Part shown: in pieces, positions 24,785 to 42,250 of the stretch
Layout: each line of letters starts with the position of its first letter
Position numbering within the stretch: position 1 is the stretch's first letter
NCBI RefSeq assembly: GCF_009914755.1
Contig: NC_060934.1
DNA from: the human T2T-CHM13v2.0 reference genome, Homo sapiens
Strand: one strand, 5' to 3'
Length of the DNA stretch: 64,000 bases
Notes under the pieces: model-generated
Databases searched by the model: none
Told to the model about the DNA's origin: nothing
The model's input: the letters and a program-made list of their open reading frames with translations, nothing else
Position numbers and translations under genes: made by a program

Positions 24785-26729
24785 TGTAGTTGTCTTGGAA
24801 AATGCTCTTGGGGCTGCTGCCTCTGTCCTCGGTGCTGTGCTGCTCCGTGGAGGGTGTCTGTGAGGGAGGGCAGAGGAACTGGCAGATGCCAGGCTCTGGG
24901 AACCCACAGAGGCCGGCCCCACTCTTTCCTCCTGACGTAGGGAGCCCCTTCAGATGCTCCAGGGACTGACAGATGCTGAGGAAGCCCTGATCCCTCCCAC
25001 CACCCACTCACAAGGCCCTGCCTGCTTTAGGGAGGCTTCTTGGGGCCCCCTCATCGTTATCAGCATCCCTGGAAAATCCTGGGATTGGAGAGAGCTGGCT
25101 GGCTCTTGTTCTGCTCGGTGGGAGCTGAGGAGAAGGCAGCCGCCTGCAACATGGACATGGGGAGAGGAGGCTGCTCCTGCTTAACCTTCATCAGGAAGAG
25201 CGCGGGCACTGGGCTGAGGGGAGACGTTGAGGTGACCATCCACACAGGTGTGTTTGGGATACGATGATGGGTGGGGAGCAGGGGAAGTCCTTCTGCCTGT
25301 TTCTGGGCAGGAGAGAGTCTTGTCCAACTAGCTAAAGCAGATGCTCCTTGCTGTGGCCACAGGGACTGGCCTCGGGGCCCTCAAGGTCCTGCATGGAGCC
25401 CCCCACAGCTATGATTCCCTTCCCATATGATGACTGAACTCATGTGGAATTGATGTAGACACAGATTTACATTGGTTTCTAAAACAGTTCCCTCCCAACA
25501 CACCATCACCAATGGGAACAAGCATGTCCAGTCCATCAGGCGCAGGGTGGGTGTTTCTGCTGGTTCCAGGGCCCGGAGGAGCTGGGGCCCAGGCCAAGAG
25601 GGGCCGAGGGTCAGCCGCCCTTCTGCCAGGCACAGACCCCAAGGGCAGAGCAGGGGCTGCCTGGGATGTGGCATTGGCTGTCTGGGAAGTGCCCTGGGAG
25701 TTGGGGGCTAGGTGTTCGCCAAAGGGAGACTTCCAGAGTCTATGAGTGAGATGAGGACTGCATCAGGAGAGGGACCGAGGCTGGGGAGGATGCTCTGCTC
25801 TTTCCCAGGTTGTCCTGTCTTCCCAATCTCTGCTGAACTGCCCTCACCCCATGGGCCAACTCTGCCCCCCTTACCCCTAACCCACCTCTTAGAATCTCAG
25901 ATCCCAGCATGGACAGGACCCGGCACCCACCCTGGTTCCCTCCTGGCCAACACCTTCTTCTCCACGGTCTGAGTTCTGATTCCTCCCCCAGGGCGCTTAT
26001 TGGCTCAGGACCCCTGTGACTGCCAGGGCACTGGTCCCAGCACTGCCTGCGTGCAGAGCTGTGGTCACGGCCCTGGGGGCTGGCCCAGCAGCAGAGGCTG
26101 GTGGGGCAAAGCTGTCTGGTACACGGTGGCCTGGCCCCTCGGCCAAGTGACAAAGGGAGCCATGTTTGGGTCCTCTCTGGCCCCATCTGCCCACAGAACA
26201 CAGCAGTCAGCCTGACAGATGCCCCTCTGCCCCGTCCCTTCTGCTCGATGTGGGCAGTGTCGGAGGCCTGCTGTCTTCTGTGGCCTTTGGGAAGGAGAGT
26301 TTATCTTGGCAGGGCTTCCCCAGCTCAGTGCACGTCAGGCCCTCGGGGAAAATGTGGGGAGCGAAGAGTCACTGGTGGGTGATGTGGGCAGCTCCCGTGA
26401 CTCCTCTACATTCAGGGCCATCCTCAGGAGATAAGGTAGCACTGCCCCTTTGCAGGGTTTAGGAATGTTAAGTGAGCCGTGTTTGAAGGGAACATGGTCC
26501 ATACTCTGGCGTGTGTGGGTGCCCAGCCAACTTCCTCACCTAAGGGTGAAAGTGACACCTTGGGGCTCCTGCTGGTTACCCCACTGGCTGTTGTCTATCC
26601 CACTGTCCCTGTCCTTGTCTTGGCTGAGCCATTCCTAGGAAGCAGAACTTGTGCTTCCTCCACCTCTGTGTCCCACCTGAGCCCTACAATCTGCCCCTAA
26701 ATGGGCACAGTGGGGCTGACTGGGGGGCT

Positions 26730-27107
26730 CTCGTAGACTGAACATACGTCCCCCGCCCAGTTCCTGTGCTGAAGCCCTAACCCCCAACGTGATGGTATTT
26801 GGAAATGGGGCCTTTGGGAGTTATTCAGGGTTAGAAGAGACCATGAGGGTGGGGCCCTAATGATGGGATTAGGGCCCTGGTAAGAAGCAGAGACCCCAGA
26901 GCTCTCTCTCTCCCTGACACGAGGACACACTGAGAAGGCGGCCATCTGCAAGCCAGAGAGAGAGCCCTCACCAGAACCTTGCCCACTGGGATGCTAACCT
27001 CGGACTTCCAGCCTCCAGACTGTGACAAATACATTTCTTTTTTTAATATGTGCCACCACCCCCAAGTCTATGGCACTTTGTCCGAGCAGCCCTATGTGAC
27101 TAGGACA
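26730..27107 (+). mobile_element. MLT1A/MST-type MaLR solo LTR
   Basis: ccctaacccccaacgtgatggtatttgg...gagggtggggccctaatgatgggattag...ggacttccagcctccagactgtga...gactaggaca. Confidence 0.8.
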
Positions 27108-27619
27108 AAGTCCATAATCTCAAGAACTTCCTTCATGACTGGTATCTGGAAACCGTGCATCAGAGCCACGGGAAAGAAAGGCTCAGCCCTTTACAACTGT
27201 CAGCACACCTCCACCCCAAGTGCAGTGTATCACACATGAACCAGGAGAGCCTGGGACACAGTGAAAAGGAATCTGTAAATACCCATGATGTCATCGCATC
27301 CACACTTGGGGAAGCCATGCAGCTTGCTCACAGCAGGTGCTGGGGGTGTGCTGAGGCTCTTGGTCGGCTTGGCCTCCCTGCTCACACACCCAGGTCACTC
27401 TCTGGGAACCAGTGCGGCTGGGGTGGCCCCTGGCAGGTTTGCCTCCAGAGACCCCTCCCTTCACCATTGGATGACAGATCCCCGAAGAAGCCATAGCCTC
27501 CTGGGAAACTCCATCTGACAACGTGAGCAAGGCTTGCCCCCGTTAGTGAACATGCTGTGCTTTCTGACAGCTATGAGGATGGACTTGATCCAGGTGGCTG
27601 CCCTTTTGTAGCTCACTTT

Positions 27620-30130
<2,511 letters not shown>

Positions 30131-31974
30131 GCTCTGACATGGCAACTTTGCTGAGCAGTACAGGGTGTTCTTGTCCAGGAGTCCATGGACCTTCAGGCAA
30201 TCTAGCAAAATTTGGAGTCTGTGATGGGCTTGGAAATTTCAGTGAAGGTTTGGGAGTGTCCTAACCCCAGCTATTTAAGAGCCTCTGCTTTAGATGGTGT
30301 GAGGGACCCAACAACCACATTCTATATAGCTGTCCTGGGCATGCTTGGTCTTCCCAGCAATGAATTTTCTGTGGTGTGGTCTCAGAGCTCACTTCACTCC
30401 ACCCTGAGACTCTTGTACAGTGAAGTGCAAGGATGTGGCCAGGCCAATTGTCAGCAGTCAGCTCCTGGCCTGCCTAACTCAATATAGAGCATGCGTCCAC
30501 TGTGTGCTACTCTGCTGCCCAGAGTCATCAGGCTCATGAGCCAGATACAAATGCTGAGTCTGGGGCCTGCGTGCCCGAGAGGCCCTTTCCTGTCAGTTGG
30601 CCCAGGGAGCATCACACAGGGCACTCTTCTCCTCAGTCTCTCTCGCATCTCTCTGGCAGACAGGTGGTCATGATCGTCAGTGCTGTGGGGCCCTATTATT
30701 CCAGAGCAAATGCTGGAGCCAGACTTACCCTGTGGAAATGCACGAGGACGTGGGCTGTGGTGATGGGCACCCTCAGTCAGGCACCAGCTGTCCCGCGTTC
30801 CTGGCTTCCACCTCTGGGGCAGCTCCCCGACATTCTCTGAAGTCTGTCCACTTTGTTTTCTGTTACATTTGCCCTTGTCAGGGGGAGCAGTGGGCTTTGG
30901 CCTGTTTACCTAAGCCCTCATGTGTGTGCTGCAGCCTGGCTTGGGACACATTTGGTCTCCATGTGAAGACCGAGATTGCAACTTTCTGTGCTTGGAGCCC
31001 AAAAGGACAGGTGGGGCCTGAGGGAGGGATGCCCCCATCCCAGGACAAGGAACTTCCCCCAGGAGAGCTGCTCATGGCCCCCTGTAACTCCCAACTCCCA
31101 TGGAGGGGCTGACAGGGGCTCCCTGCAAGCTGAGGCTCTGAGCACAGGGACACCTGGGGCCCCACATACCAGCCCCATGAGAAATAGGGCCAAAGAGCCT
31201 CATTCCCCCTGTGAGTGGCTGGTCACCCACACTTCAGGGCCTCATCCTGCGCTGATCTGCACCTGACATGCTGAGTCTTCCTTGGGCTTCATCCCCTGGA
31301 GTCGTCCCCTATTCCTGGCTCCCATGCTGGTGGCCCTGCCTTCTCCCCCAGGCACCCAAGGACTCTCCAGGCCATACCTCAGTGACAGCAGCTTTGCCAT
31401 CCCACTGGCCTCAATCCCAGAAAAACTTCAAGAGAGCAAGGCCCAGGATTTTAAAAGGGCTAAGACTAATGTTACAGAAAATGGACTGTGAGATAAGGAA
31501 TTTTCACAAGTATTCTCCAATTTATGCAGAGAATGAAACAGAAATTGTGGAATTCAAAGTTGCAAAAAACAACACTAAGAAATAGTGGTTTAAGCGGATG
31601 ATGCTTTCATGGATTCAGGGAAATGACTGCTATCCACAGAGTGTGCAGAGGAAGTGCCTGGTCCTGGTGGGTAGCATGGCTGTGGCTCATCCAAGAGAAT
31701 GAGACAGGGCTGGGCAAGCCTTATATGTGGAATTCACCAGAGTGAAGCTTGGCCAGTGATGCAAGGGAAGGACCACGATGCTGAAGGTGTTGACTACCAA
31801 TTTTTGCCACCATCAACCCTGATTCAAAGCATTTGCTGAAGAACCAGAGCAGACTGACAGTGAGATTTTGGGCCCCTGGGCCAGTCATCCCTACAAAATG
31901 AAATATTTCTCTAAGAACAGGACAATGAGTCACCATTTTCCCAAACCACAGACCATATCTTAATAGAACAACTT

Positions 31975-32217
31975 TTTAAAAAGTTTTTATTTTATTTTAA
32001 AGTTCCAGGATACATGTGCAGAATGTACAGTTTCATTACATAGGTATACATGGGCCATGGTGGTTTGTTGCACCTATCAACCCATCTTCTAGGTTTTAAG
32101 CCCTGCCTGCATTAGGTATTTGTCCTAATGCTCTCCCTCCCCTTGACCCTGACCCCCTGACCCCCGACAGGCCCCAGTGTGTGATGTTCCCCTCCCTGTG
32201 TCTATGTCTTCTCATTG
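31975..32217 (-). mobile_element. Short L1PA 3' end
   Basis: atacatgtgcagaatgtacag...gtgtgatgttcccctccctgtgt. TSD aatagaacaactt (31962-31974 / 32218-32230). Confidence 0.9.
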
Positions 32218-33211
32218 AATAGAACAACTTCTAAAAATGTGCAGCTGGAGCAGCCTTGAAGGGAATTGGTAAGCAGTGAGTGGAGAGTGATGTGTTTCAG
32301 GGAGGATTTGGACTGTCTGGCTTGCAGGTGACCCTCTTGTCCCACAGAGGCAGTCTGCCAGTAACTCATCAGGAAGCCCAGGTAGTCTTCCTCAGGCACT
32401 TCCATCATTCCTGGGATGGCAGAGATGAAAAGGGACTGGAAGAGATGGGGGCAGAGAACAGCCCTCACTGACAGCACAGAGCCTCACCTCTCCACACAGT
32501 CTCTGTCTCCTCTCCTCCTCTGCCCACACAGTGACTCCCAGCCGCTAAGATTCCTGCTTTCAGCAATGCCCGATAGCACACCAAATATCTGAGGAGTTCT
32601 CAAACACCAACTCTTCACTGCCCATTAGCACAATGAAGAAACTGAGGAAAATGTATATGTCCCTGAATGTTGCTAATGGTCTTAGGGCAAACTGCTACTT
32701 ATTCTGCATTATGTATTTCTTAGTTAATTGGGGTTAGGATGTCATTTTTAATGAAATGATGTTAATAGTGTTTGTAAAATGAACGATGTGCAACCCCATG
32801 AAAAACTCTGTGCTTTTTGAAGGAGTAAAGGAAGCAAGGAGGTGTGATAAAAATTTTGATTGTTGAAGTGGCATGGGGGCAGGTTGAACTTGTCCAAGAC
32901 TGCTTCCCTGCAGGCCAGCCTCCTTAAATGCTTCATGAATGCTCTCCATCGCTGGGCATAAGGTCATCAAGGCTGAGTTCTAGTAGAAGAGACATTCTAG
33001 AGGTCTAGAATGTCTTATACAAACACACTTAGAGACACCTGTTCTAGTAGTCCACCATTGCCTCCACTCCTTAGGTCTTGAAGCAAAATCATATTCATTC
33101 ATTCTACAAGTATCTACTCAAGATGTGATATTTGTCAGGTGAGTGATGAGCACAATGGTTGATAGGCAGAGACAAACAATAATAAAAAAATGAGTAATAA
33201 AGGGTAATGAA

Positions 33212-33362
33212 GGCTGGGCGTGGTGGCTCATGCTTGTAATCCCGGCACTTTGGGAGGCGGAGGCAGGTGGATCACCTGAGGTCAGGAGTTCGGGACCAGT
33301 CTGGCCAACATGGTGAAACCCTGTCTTTACTAAACATACAAAAATTAGCCGGGTGTGGTGGC
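33212..33362 (+). mobile_element. AluS, left arm plus start of right arm only
   Basis: Alu consensus ends at gccgggtgtggtggc with no right arm or tail. Confidence 0.85.
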
Positions 33363-34897
33363 CTCTGCTGAACTCTCTTTTGTGTTTTAATGTAAGGTTA
33401 AGGAGCTCCTGGGCCTTTGGGGATTCTCAGCCAAACCAGGTCCCATCATCATGGCTTTCTCCCGTCTCTGCACGGGCAGACAGATAATCTGCTGCTGCAC
33501 ACAGGACACACAGAGCTCACCCCTGCTCACTCAGGCTCACCTCCTAGGATGCCTCCTAGGCAGGCAGAAGTTGAGGCTGGCTCGCCACACTCACATTCTG
33601 GGACCAGGGACCTGCACCTGCCCTTGCTACACTCAACTGTCTCTCGGGCTGTCACCACTGCCCTCAGAAGAGCTCACACTGCTGGGGAGCCCAACTGTTT
33701 CTCAGGCTCTTGCCAAGAGGTGGCAAGAGAGTTTCCCCTACTTACCTGCCCACTGGGAACAAAACTTTATTTACTTTTTATTGAGGTAAAACAGATTTAA
33801 CAGAAACTACCATTTTCATCATTTTTGAGTACAGGGTTTATTGGCGTTAAGTTTATTCACATTGTTTTCTCACCATCACCGCCAATTCATCTCAAGAACT
33901 TTCTCATCATCCCAGTATCAGACTCTGAACCCATTAAACACACAGCTCCCGGCTCCCCTTTTTCCAAGTCCCTTAATTTGAAGTGCAATGAGGAGACTAT
34001 TTTTGAAATTAGAATGTTCACTTTTTGTTGACTTTCTCCATGAAAACCTTCCCTTGATTTAGTCAGAAGTCCCCACACCCTGGTTTCTGGGACAGATTCC
34101 TCCCAGGCCTCAGGAGACTGTGCCCCATCTGCTGATGATGCCATAATGGGACCCCAACAGGAAAACCAGGATATCTAATGTGCAAGGGCGGGGTTTTCAG
34201 GGGAGAGGAGGGGGGTTCCCGAGAATTCTGGTAGCATGTCTGGAACTAGAGCCTTGCGTGGGAAGTGCGGCATTTTTCTATCAGTGAAGCACTGATAGAA
34301 AAAATGGGGAGACACCTTCTGAGGGGGCATCACAGGCAGGGGAGAGGAGAGGCAGACAAGCACTGGCTGCACTTATACTCAGGCCACTGAGCAGCGGAAA
34401 CAGTCCAGAGTGTGTGGTGCCACTTTCCCATTGGGATGTTGTGCCTTTTCTTACCAATTTTTGAGAACTTTTGGAATATTATGGATAATATTAAGGATAA
34501 TAATCCCTTTCCCAGTTCCGGGCTGCTCCCTGTGGCCAGAGAAGGCAGCCTTGAAGGTGTTGGGTAAAGACCACCTGCCCAGCTCTCCAGGCTTGCTAAT
34601 GCGGGGGAAGGAGATGCAGCCCAAGGATCCTGAAGCTCTTGCATCAAGTAGCTATACTCCACCCAGAGCTGCCGGCCACAGGTCCAGTGAAAGAAAACTG
34701 TCAGGACCACCACTGCTGCTGCCACCAACCCCTCCCCGGCAATAGAGGTGGAATAGAGATGACCTGCCCCCACCTGCTAAGCTTCCCTGCCTATCTCCTG
34801 AGGGATTCCTGGGCAACGTGGATAAGAAGGACACCAGTAGAACATCAGAATCCAGGAGACTAAAACAGCTGCTTGGGAAGATAAAGAAGACATGGCA

Positions 34898-35260
<363 letters not shown>

Positions 35261-36303
35261 CTACACTTCACAGATCCCAGCTCCTCCTCCTACCTCTGAC
35301 TTGGCCCACATGGCTGCTGGGCCCCTCACCCTGCCTGTCCCTCCACCTTCGCCCACACCAAGAATTGAGTAAAAATTGATATCCATAATTCCTAACTCTC
35401 CCCTGGGTCTTCCTGCTGAACTTGCCCCCATTTTGGGGGTTCCACCTAATGAGAAAGGAGGCTGCCCTCATTCAGCTGCAGCTTCAGCACCTCTGACCTC
35501 TCAGCCCTGCCCCATACCTCCTAGCCCCGCATCTTTCTCCTTCCAGCTTCCCTTCAGAAGGGAGCCTCCTACACCCATATGTGTTTTCCTCTCCTCCTCT
35601 TTCCTCCCCAACTCCTCTTCCAGCACCTTCCACCGGGATCCCTGCTATCACTCATCAGCAGATGAATTCCACAGCAGCCATTTCCACCATCACAGCAAGG
35701 GCATCTGCCCACCTGACCTTGCAGCCTCCTTGAGCCCTCAGCTCTTTGCTATGGACATGACTTCCACTACTAACGCTGTGGTTTTCAAATCTTCACCAAG
35801 CTCCAGAGTGAGCACCCTCTTAATTTCCCAAATTCAGTGCACAATAGAGGCACCCTGGAAAGACATCGGCTTACGTCTGCCTGGCTACATTCATATTCTC
35901 CAGGCCCACCCCTCAGCCCACACTTGGGGCCCCCTGATGGGCAGCAATGAAAAGCCTCTGTCCCCAGTGCCCCTGTTTTTCCAAGCCTTCCCATCAGGGC
36001 TCCTCCAGGCACCTCCAGTTTATGGAGCAGCGTCTCTGCAACATCCTCCTCCAGAACAGATTGTGCGATGGGGAATGGCACCACAACTGCTGCAACTGAA
36101 CACAATTAGGGTCCCCATTCAGAAAGAGCGCCCAAGGCCCACCTGGTACACACAGGTGGTATGATGAGGAACAAATAAGAAGCAAGTCTCCCTCCACATA
36201 TGGTCCCCATGAATGGACATTGCTCCTGGAGGAAGGGGCTCAGTCCATTGAAGTTAAATTTAAGCTGCTCTCTCCTTATAAAAGCCAGAGGCCCCAAACC
36301 TCA

Positions 36304-36305
<2 letters not shown>

Positions 36306-36338
<33 letters not shown>

Positions 36339-36347
36339 TGTGTGTGT
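36306..36347. repeat. (TG)n microsatellite with CG interruption
   Basis: Read directly from the sequence. Confidence 0.9.
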
Positions 36348-38577
36348 TGGAGGAGGATGTGGGGCTGATGAGCCCAATCAGAACCACAGTGTATTTGAGG
36401 CACTCCCCTGTGGACAGAAGAAGAAGCCAGCATGTGTCATCATCATCTGTGCCCTCCCCGGCTTGACTGTTCATCTGGCTGACCAAAGCCCCCAGCCAGG
36501 TCTCTATTCTTTGAACTGGCAGGATGCCCGCTGCTATTTCCAGGTGCCCCTCTTCCCCTTGCCTGTTTACTTTGATGGGCTCTTCTCTGTCCTGATTGTA
36601 AATTAAAACCTTATTCTTGTTGCTCTGCCTCTGTTCATGTGTCTATATATTTTATAATATATATCTTACATATTTTAATTTTTAATTAAATATTATATAT
36701 ATTAATTATATGTAACCTTAAAACTAGATATAAAGAATGTAGGCATGTAGATACCTTGCAACCATAAAACCTAAAGAAACTTGCAGATCAACAAATGCAG
36801 AGACCTCATAAAATTCAAATGACAATATTAATATAATGGAACAAAGGCAGAACAGTCACTCCCCTCCGCTGTGAGGAAGTGGCGCCCCCTGTCCACATGC
36901 AGACTCTCCTGAGACCCGCCTGTTGGCGGTGTGCTTTGCAGTAATTGGCTGCTTCCACCACTTGTCCCTATGTAAGTTACACAGAGGCTTCCTTTGCACA
37001 TCCTGTAATGAAGCCTTTTGGCCTTCACTTGGTGAGAACACAATATTTCATATTAACTCCCTGTGCATTCTTTTTTTTCTTTAATATTTCTCTATAACAA
37101 AGAAAATGTCATGCCCTGGCACCAAAGAAATGTTAAATAGATAAAAATATGGAAGCTCTCTGTTAAGTCGATCATCCAAATGAACCAAAATATGTTGATC
37201 TTGATCGGTCACTCCACATCTCCAGCAATATGACCCTGTAGGCACCTGATCTCCTCCATTAACATTTTATTTACAAAATCAGACTTCAGGCCAAAGCTGG
37301 CTATGGTTTGCTGACCCCTGTTCTAGTAGAAGAGACATTCAACAACTAATTACACAAATAACAACCACTAAGTGCTATCAAGTAAAAGTACCCAATGCTT
37401 AAAACCCTCTAAGAGTAGAGATTGAACCTATGCAGGTAGATCAGATTGCCCTGAGGGAGTGGGTCTTAGATTAAACGTAGTTAATTAGTCAGGTGAGGGC
37501 AAGACTACTCCAGATGGAGGAAACCACCTGGGGAAAGGGTTGGGGCAGAAGACAGCCTGGCAAACCCAGTTTGAAAGAGGCTTATGGAGCGGGAGCAGGA
37601 AGAGTGAGGGCCAGCGCCTGTGAGCTCAGGCTGAAAACAGCAGGGAGGCCAGCCCCTGTGAGGTCCTGTGGGTCTTGTGAGGGAATTAGGTCTCTATTTA
37701 AATACAGAGACTGCAGCACAAGACAAGATGGAGTTGGAAGCCTCCTCTGTTCACCTCCAGACCCACCTTCTGTATCCTCTTTGTGTTCATTTTGGTTCTA
37801 GGCTTGCCCAGTGTCTTTACAAGTTTTCTTCCATGCAATTCCAAAATCTTCCAACAAAACAAAAAGGAAAGGAAATTTTGTCTGCACCTAGGCTATCCTA
37901 TAGTGGAGGACCTAGAGGACTGGAGAGAGCTGTGTTCCTGCTTCTCCTTTCCTCTCTGATGCCCCCTTATATGGAGTCTTAGCAAAGCTTTCTCTGTCCT
38001 CGATGTCAAAGGAGCCTTCAGAATATCACCTGGGCTCCTCCTCCTGTGTTACCATGCCTTCTGGGTCTCGCCCTGCCCGCCTCCGCACTCTGTCCTCACT
38101 GCCTCACTTCCACGCTCCCCTTGGGGACACTTGCACAGCTTGCTGCCCCGTGAATGCTCCATGTCCCCTTTTCAGTTCCACGTTGTTCCTCTGCTGGAAG
38201 AGCATGTGCCTCGCCCGGCCCCTTTGTCTGGACACCTTCTTTTCTTTAAGAATCCACCCAGGAATGGCTCCTGATGCTTCCAGGTCTGCAGGAAGCCATC
38301 CCCGGCCCCTTCCTCATCCAGCCTGAGCGCTGTGCTCCCCTGCAGTGTCCACACAGTTCCCGGTATGAAAGACTGACATCCCAAACTACTGTTCACGTCA
38401 GCCTCCTGCACCGCACCCTGAGCTTGTGAGCTCTATGACAGCAAAGGGCTTATGTGAAGGGCGTTTGGCACTTTCCACGTGAAGTTTAACCCATTTACCT
38501 TGTTAATTCCCATTTGTTCCCACCTCTTAGGTACCCGCATATTTCTATCCTTCAGATTTCCTAGCACTGGGCCTTAT

Positions 38578-38766
38578 AGCAGCATTTCTTAAAATGGGGT
38601 CCCCAGTCCAACAGCATCAGCATCACATGGGAATTTGCTGGAAATGCAACTTCTGGAGTCCTCCTTGGACCCCTGGGATCTAAAACTCTGGGGTTAGGTG
38701 CAGCGATCTGTGCTTTCATAACCCCTCCAGCTGACACTGAGGCCGGCTAACGTTTGAGAACCACGG
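38578..38766. mobile_element. MER5A (hAT-Charlie) DNA transposon relic
   Basis: cagcatcagcatcacatgggaatttgctggaaatgca ... gtttgagaaccac. Confidence 0.8.
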
Positions 38767-40629
38767 CCTCCCAGGAAGTCACTGCTCATGAAATTGTTGA
38801 TTCCCTGAGGACAGTAACTGGTTATTTTCAATCTGAAAAAGAAAAAGAGTAACTGGAGGAAATGACAAAGAAAATTTTTACTTTAGAAAAAGAATTTTCC
38901 AACTTGATATTTCAAATACGTGACTTCCAAAGAAGGCCTAGCTTTGTACATTTAAAAACAAGGTTGATTCTGCCTGGCTCAGTCTACCCCACGTGTGGTT
39001 TTGCTGAAGGGCAGGTGTTTGGAAGAGATAACCTTACCAGGTGCCCTCCACTGCTCAGATTCTCTGCTTCTAGGATATTCTATGTAGCATAAAATAAATA
39101 TAAGCTAGAGAGGAGGGCATGCTTGCTAGGGGAGTAAAAAGATGGTTTCTGTTTTGCAGGATGAAAGTATTCATGGATGGATGGTGGTGTTGGTTGCATA
39201 AAAATGTGAATGTATTTAATGCCACCAATCTGTGCAGTTCAAGATAGTTAAAATGATCAATTTTATGTTATTTATGTTTTACCACATTTTGAAAATAAAA
39301 ATAAAAAGATAAAGCTGGCACCTAAAAATGTCCAGGTAACAATAAATCTGGCAGAGTGAAGTACAGGACTACCCATTGTATTTAGAGCAGCCCAGCAAAG
39401 CAGAGGCCCCTAGAGAAATGGGGGATAAGAAAAGTGAAAGATTGTTATTTCCAAAATAACCACCTACAAAGTACAAAGTGGTCTTCCTAATGGGAAGAAG
39501 TGATTGTTCCTTGGCTCATTTTCTTTTTTTTCCTTTTTTTTTTTTTTTTTTTTAGTTTTCAGGGTTTTTGTTCAGTTTGAATTCATATGTGGGAGGATGT
39601 CATAGTGTTTGCAGGCCTTTGGATTCTTGAGAACTTAATCAGGCCAAGCTGTTCATGAGGAGTGGGGTGCTCAAATTCATTCTTCCAACAAGGGGCTGTT
39701 GGGTACCACTATGGTGCCAGCCCTGTGCTGGCCACAGGTATGAAATGCCCAGTGAGGGCCACATCCTGGCTCACCTACCAGGCCACGGGCTGAGCTCCAC
39801 AGTTGCCTGAGAAATTTGCTTTCAGGGGTAATTTGTAGAGATTGTAGCTGAGCTTTGGGTGACAACCTGAGGTGCGGTCAGACTTTATCATCACAACCAA
39901 AAGTCACATGCTGATGAGAGGCTCCAAACAACACCTGGAGCCCATGACCCAGCAACTTCCAGATGTTGAGTTGGGACAGGGAACAGGCTTGTCTGATCCA
40001 AATGAATGCCCTGACCAGAAAGAGTAAACCAGGGAGGCACTCTTGAAAGAGCGTGTTAAGGAGCAGTGAGCCCCCTTCCACCTCCACCAGGAAACGTCCC
40101 CAGGACAGACAGCTGCCGACCTCTTTCTGGAAGCGCTGGGCCTCAGAAGATTGCTGGTTCCTGCCTACTTGCTCCCAAGGCATATTCTTGATCAGAAAGG
40201 AGGGAAGAAGTGCGTAGGCATGGGGAGGAGGGGCAGGGAAGAAGTCACAGGAATGCCCACAGCAGAGGTCTGTGGAGATGCTGGGCTATCCCTGGTGGCA
40301 ACACTCTTGGGGCTGGCGCTGGGTGAGGATGGCCTCCAAAGCACCCTATGCTGTGACTCCAGCCCCCAGGATCCTCCTCAGGGTACAGAGAAGGAGCTCA
40401 GGTGAGCTCTGGGTGGATGATACCGTCTTTTTCCATTGAAATCACAGAATTTTACAGCTAAAGAGAACTTCCAGATGATTTCAGTCAACCACACTCTTTT
40501 GGGGGCTGGAAGCAGAGATGAAAAGATTTAGACAAAATTACACAGTTCAATGATTAACAATTCAGACTAAGTGTCAGGCCATCTGACCACAACTGAGGCC
40601 CCCCGATACTACTCTACTAAGTGTATTAT

Positions 40630-40880
40630 ACTGTGGTGTGTATGTAGGTGTGTGTGCACATGTGTGTGAATGTGTGTCAGGACTACATGTATATACATGC
40701 GTATTGTGTGAGTATGTGTGTATTTGGGCATCTGTACATAAGTGTATGTGTATAGGTGTGTTGTGTGCATACATGCTCATATGTGTAATGAGTTAGTGTG
40801 CATGTACTTATGTGTGTATTGAGCATGTGTGTAATTCTATGTGTCTGTGGGTGCACATATATGTGTATTTGTGTGTGCTT
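40630..40880. repeat. Degenerate (TG/TA)n tract
   Basis: About 250 nt of low-complexity tgtgtatgtg-like sequence. Confidence 0.85.
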
Positions 40881-41454
40881 AGTGAGCGCTTCGCTGGCCA
40901 TAATGGCTTGTTTTTCTGGCCAAAAGACGTGATTCTCCCTGATTCAGCCGTGAGTGTGCATTTCCCAGGGTCAGGGTGACTAACCAGGACATCCGGAGAA
41001 CTTTCTTCTTCTCTGCCCCACCCATCCTGCCTACTCCATTCTCGGGTGTCAGAGGCTGAGGCTCTGGCCCCAGTGTGAGCCCCACAGGAGGTCTTCAGAG
41101 CCCTCAGGTTGCCTCACAGCCAGCCTCCATGAGCATCTTTCTGTTTTCCAAGAGGGTGAGCCAGGGCTGCTCCTGTCAATGACAAGATGCTGGGACCTGG
41201 ATTCACGTGCAAGGAGAAACCAGGCACTGGGGGCTGAGCGTCCAGCTGCTGCTGGGCTGGGAGTCAGCAACCTCTGTGCTTCCAGGGCTCACCCTCCCTG
41301 GCCATGGGCAGTGCCCCTTGGCTTTGCGGCAATTTGAGGCAATGAAAGTTTTTATTTCCTCTGGCTGTATTTTCTAGACATATTTTAACGTAGCTATAAT
41401 CTTACAAAATGTTGAATTTTTTGTCCTGCTTTTAAAAAGATTTTAATTAGGTTA

Positions 41455-41731
<277 letters not shown>

Positions 41732-41934
41732 CTAATAAATACTTACTGAAAGTATAAGTATAAAAAACTTTAATTATGTTAATTATGAGATTTTAAAACT
41801 GTATTACTGGAGAAAAGAGACCAAATCTCCTCATAATACTTTTTTTGTTTATTTAATAATAAAGATGAACATAAACACATGTGCAATTCAGTGTTTAAAG
41901 TTTGCCAAGGTATATGTATATATTTTTCCCAACG

Positions 41935-42250
41935 TTGATGCTGTGAGAAGCCCAAGCCATGGAGAGGCCCCAGGCAGGTGCTCTGGTCAACAGCCCAAGC
42001 TAAATGCCCAGCCAACACCAGCATCTGCAACCAGCCCTGTGAGTGAGGGTTTGCAGATGTCTAGTCTCGTCAAGCCCTGCAGATGTCTAGTCCCATCAAG
42101 CCCTACAGATGTCTCCAGCACAGATAGAGCCTACAGATGTCTCCCCGTGAAACCACACAGCCAAGTCCAGGCGGAAAATGTGAAAGATGTTTCTACCAAG
42201 CCACTGAGTTTCTGGGTGGTTTGTTTTACAGTAATAGAGGAGAACCAGAA
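41935..42250 (+). mobile_element. Old MLT1-type LTR fragment with internal ~27-bp tandem duplications
   Basis: tgctgtgagaagcccaagcc...taccaagccactgagtttctgggtggtttgttttacagtaatagaggagaaccagaac. The cagatgtct unit repeats four times at 42054-42142. Confidence 0.6.

Noticed and set aside
30131-30909. Possible - strand exon pair (30909-30729 with GTAAGT donor; 30201 onward) that would join in frame
   Set aside because: The upstream acceptor lacks a pyrimidine tract and the peptide resembles nothing I recognise.
35376-36164. 262-aa ORF
   Set aside because: Non-ATG start, low-complexity Pro/Ser content from a pyrimidine-rich strand, and no homology or convincing splice signals.
42050-42145. Regularly spaced cagatgtct repeats, superficially array-like
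   Set aside because: Local tandem duplications inside an LTR; the spacers are related to each other, so this is not a CRISPR-like array.
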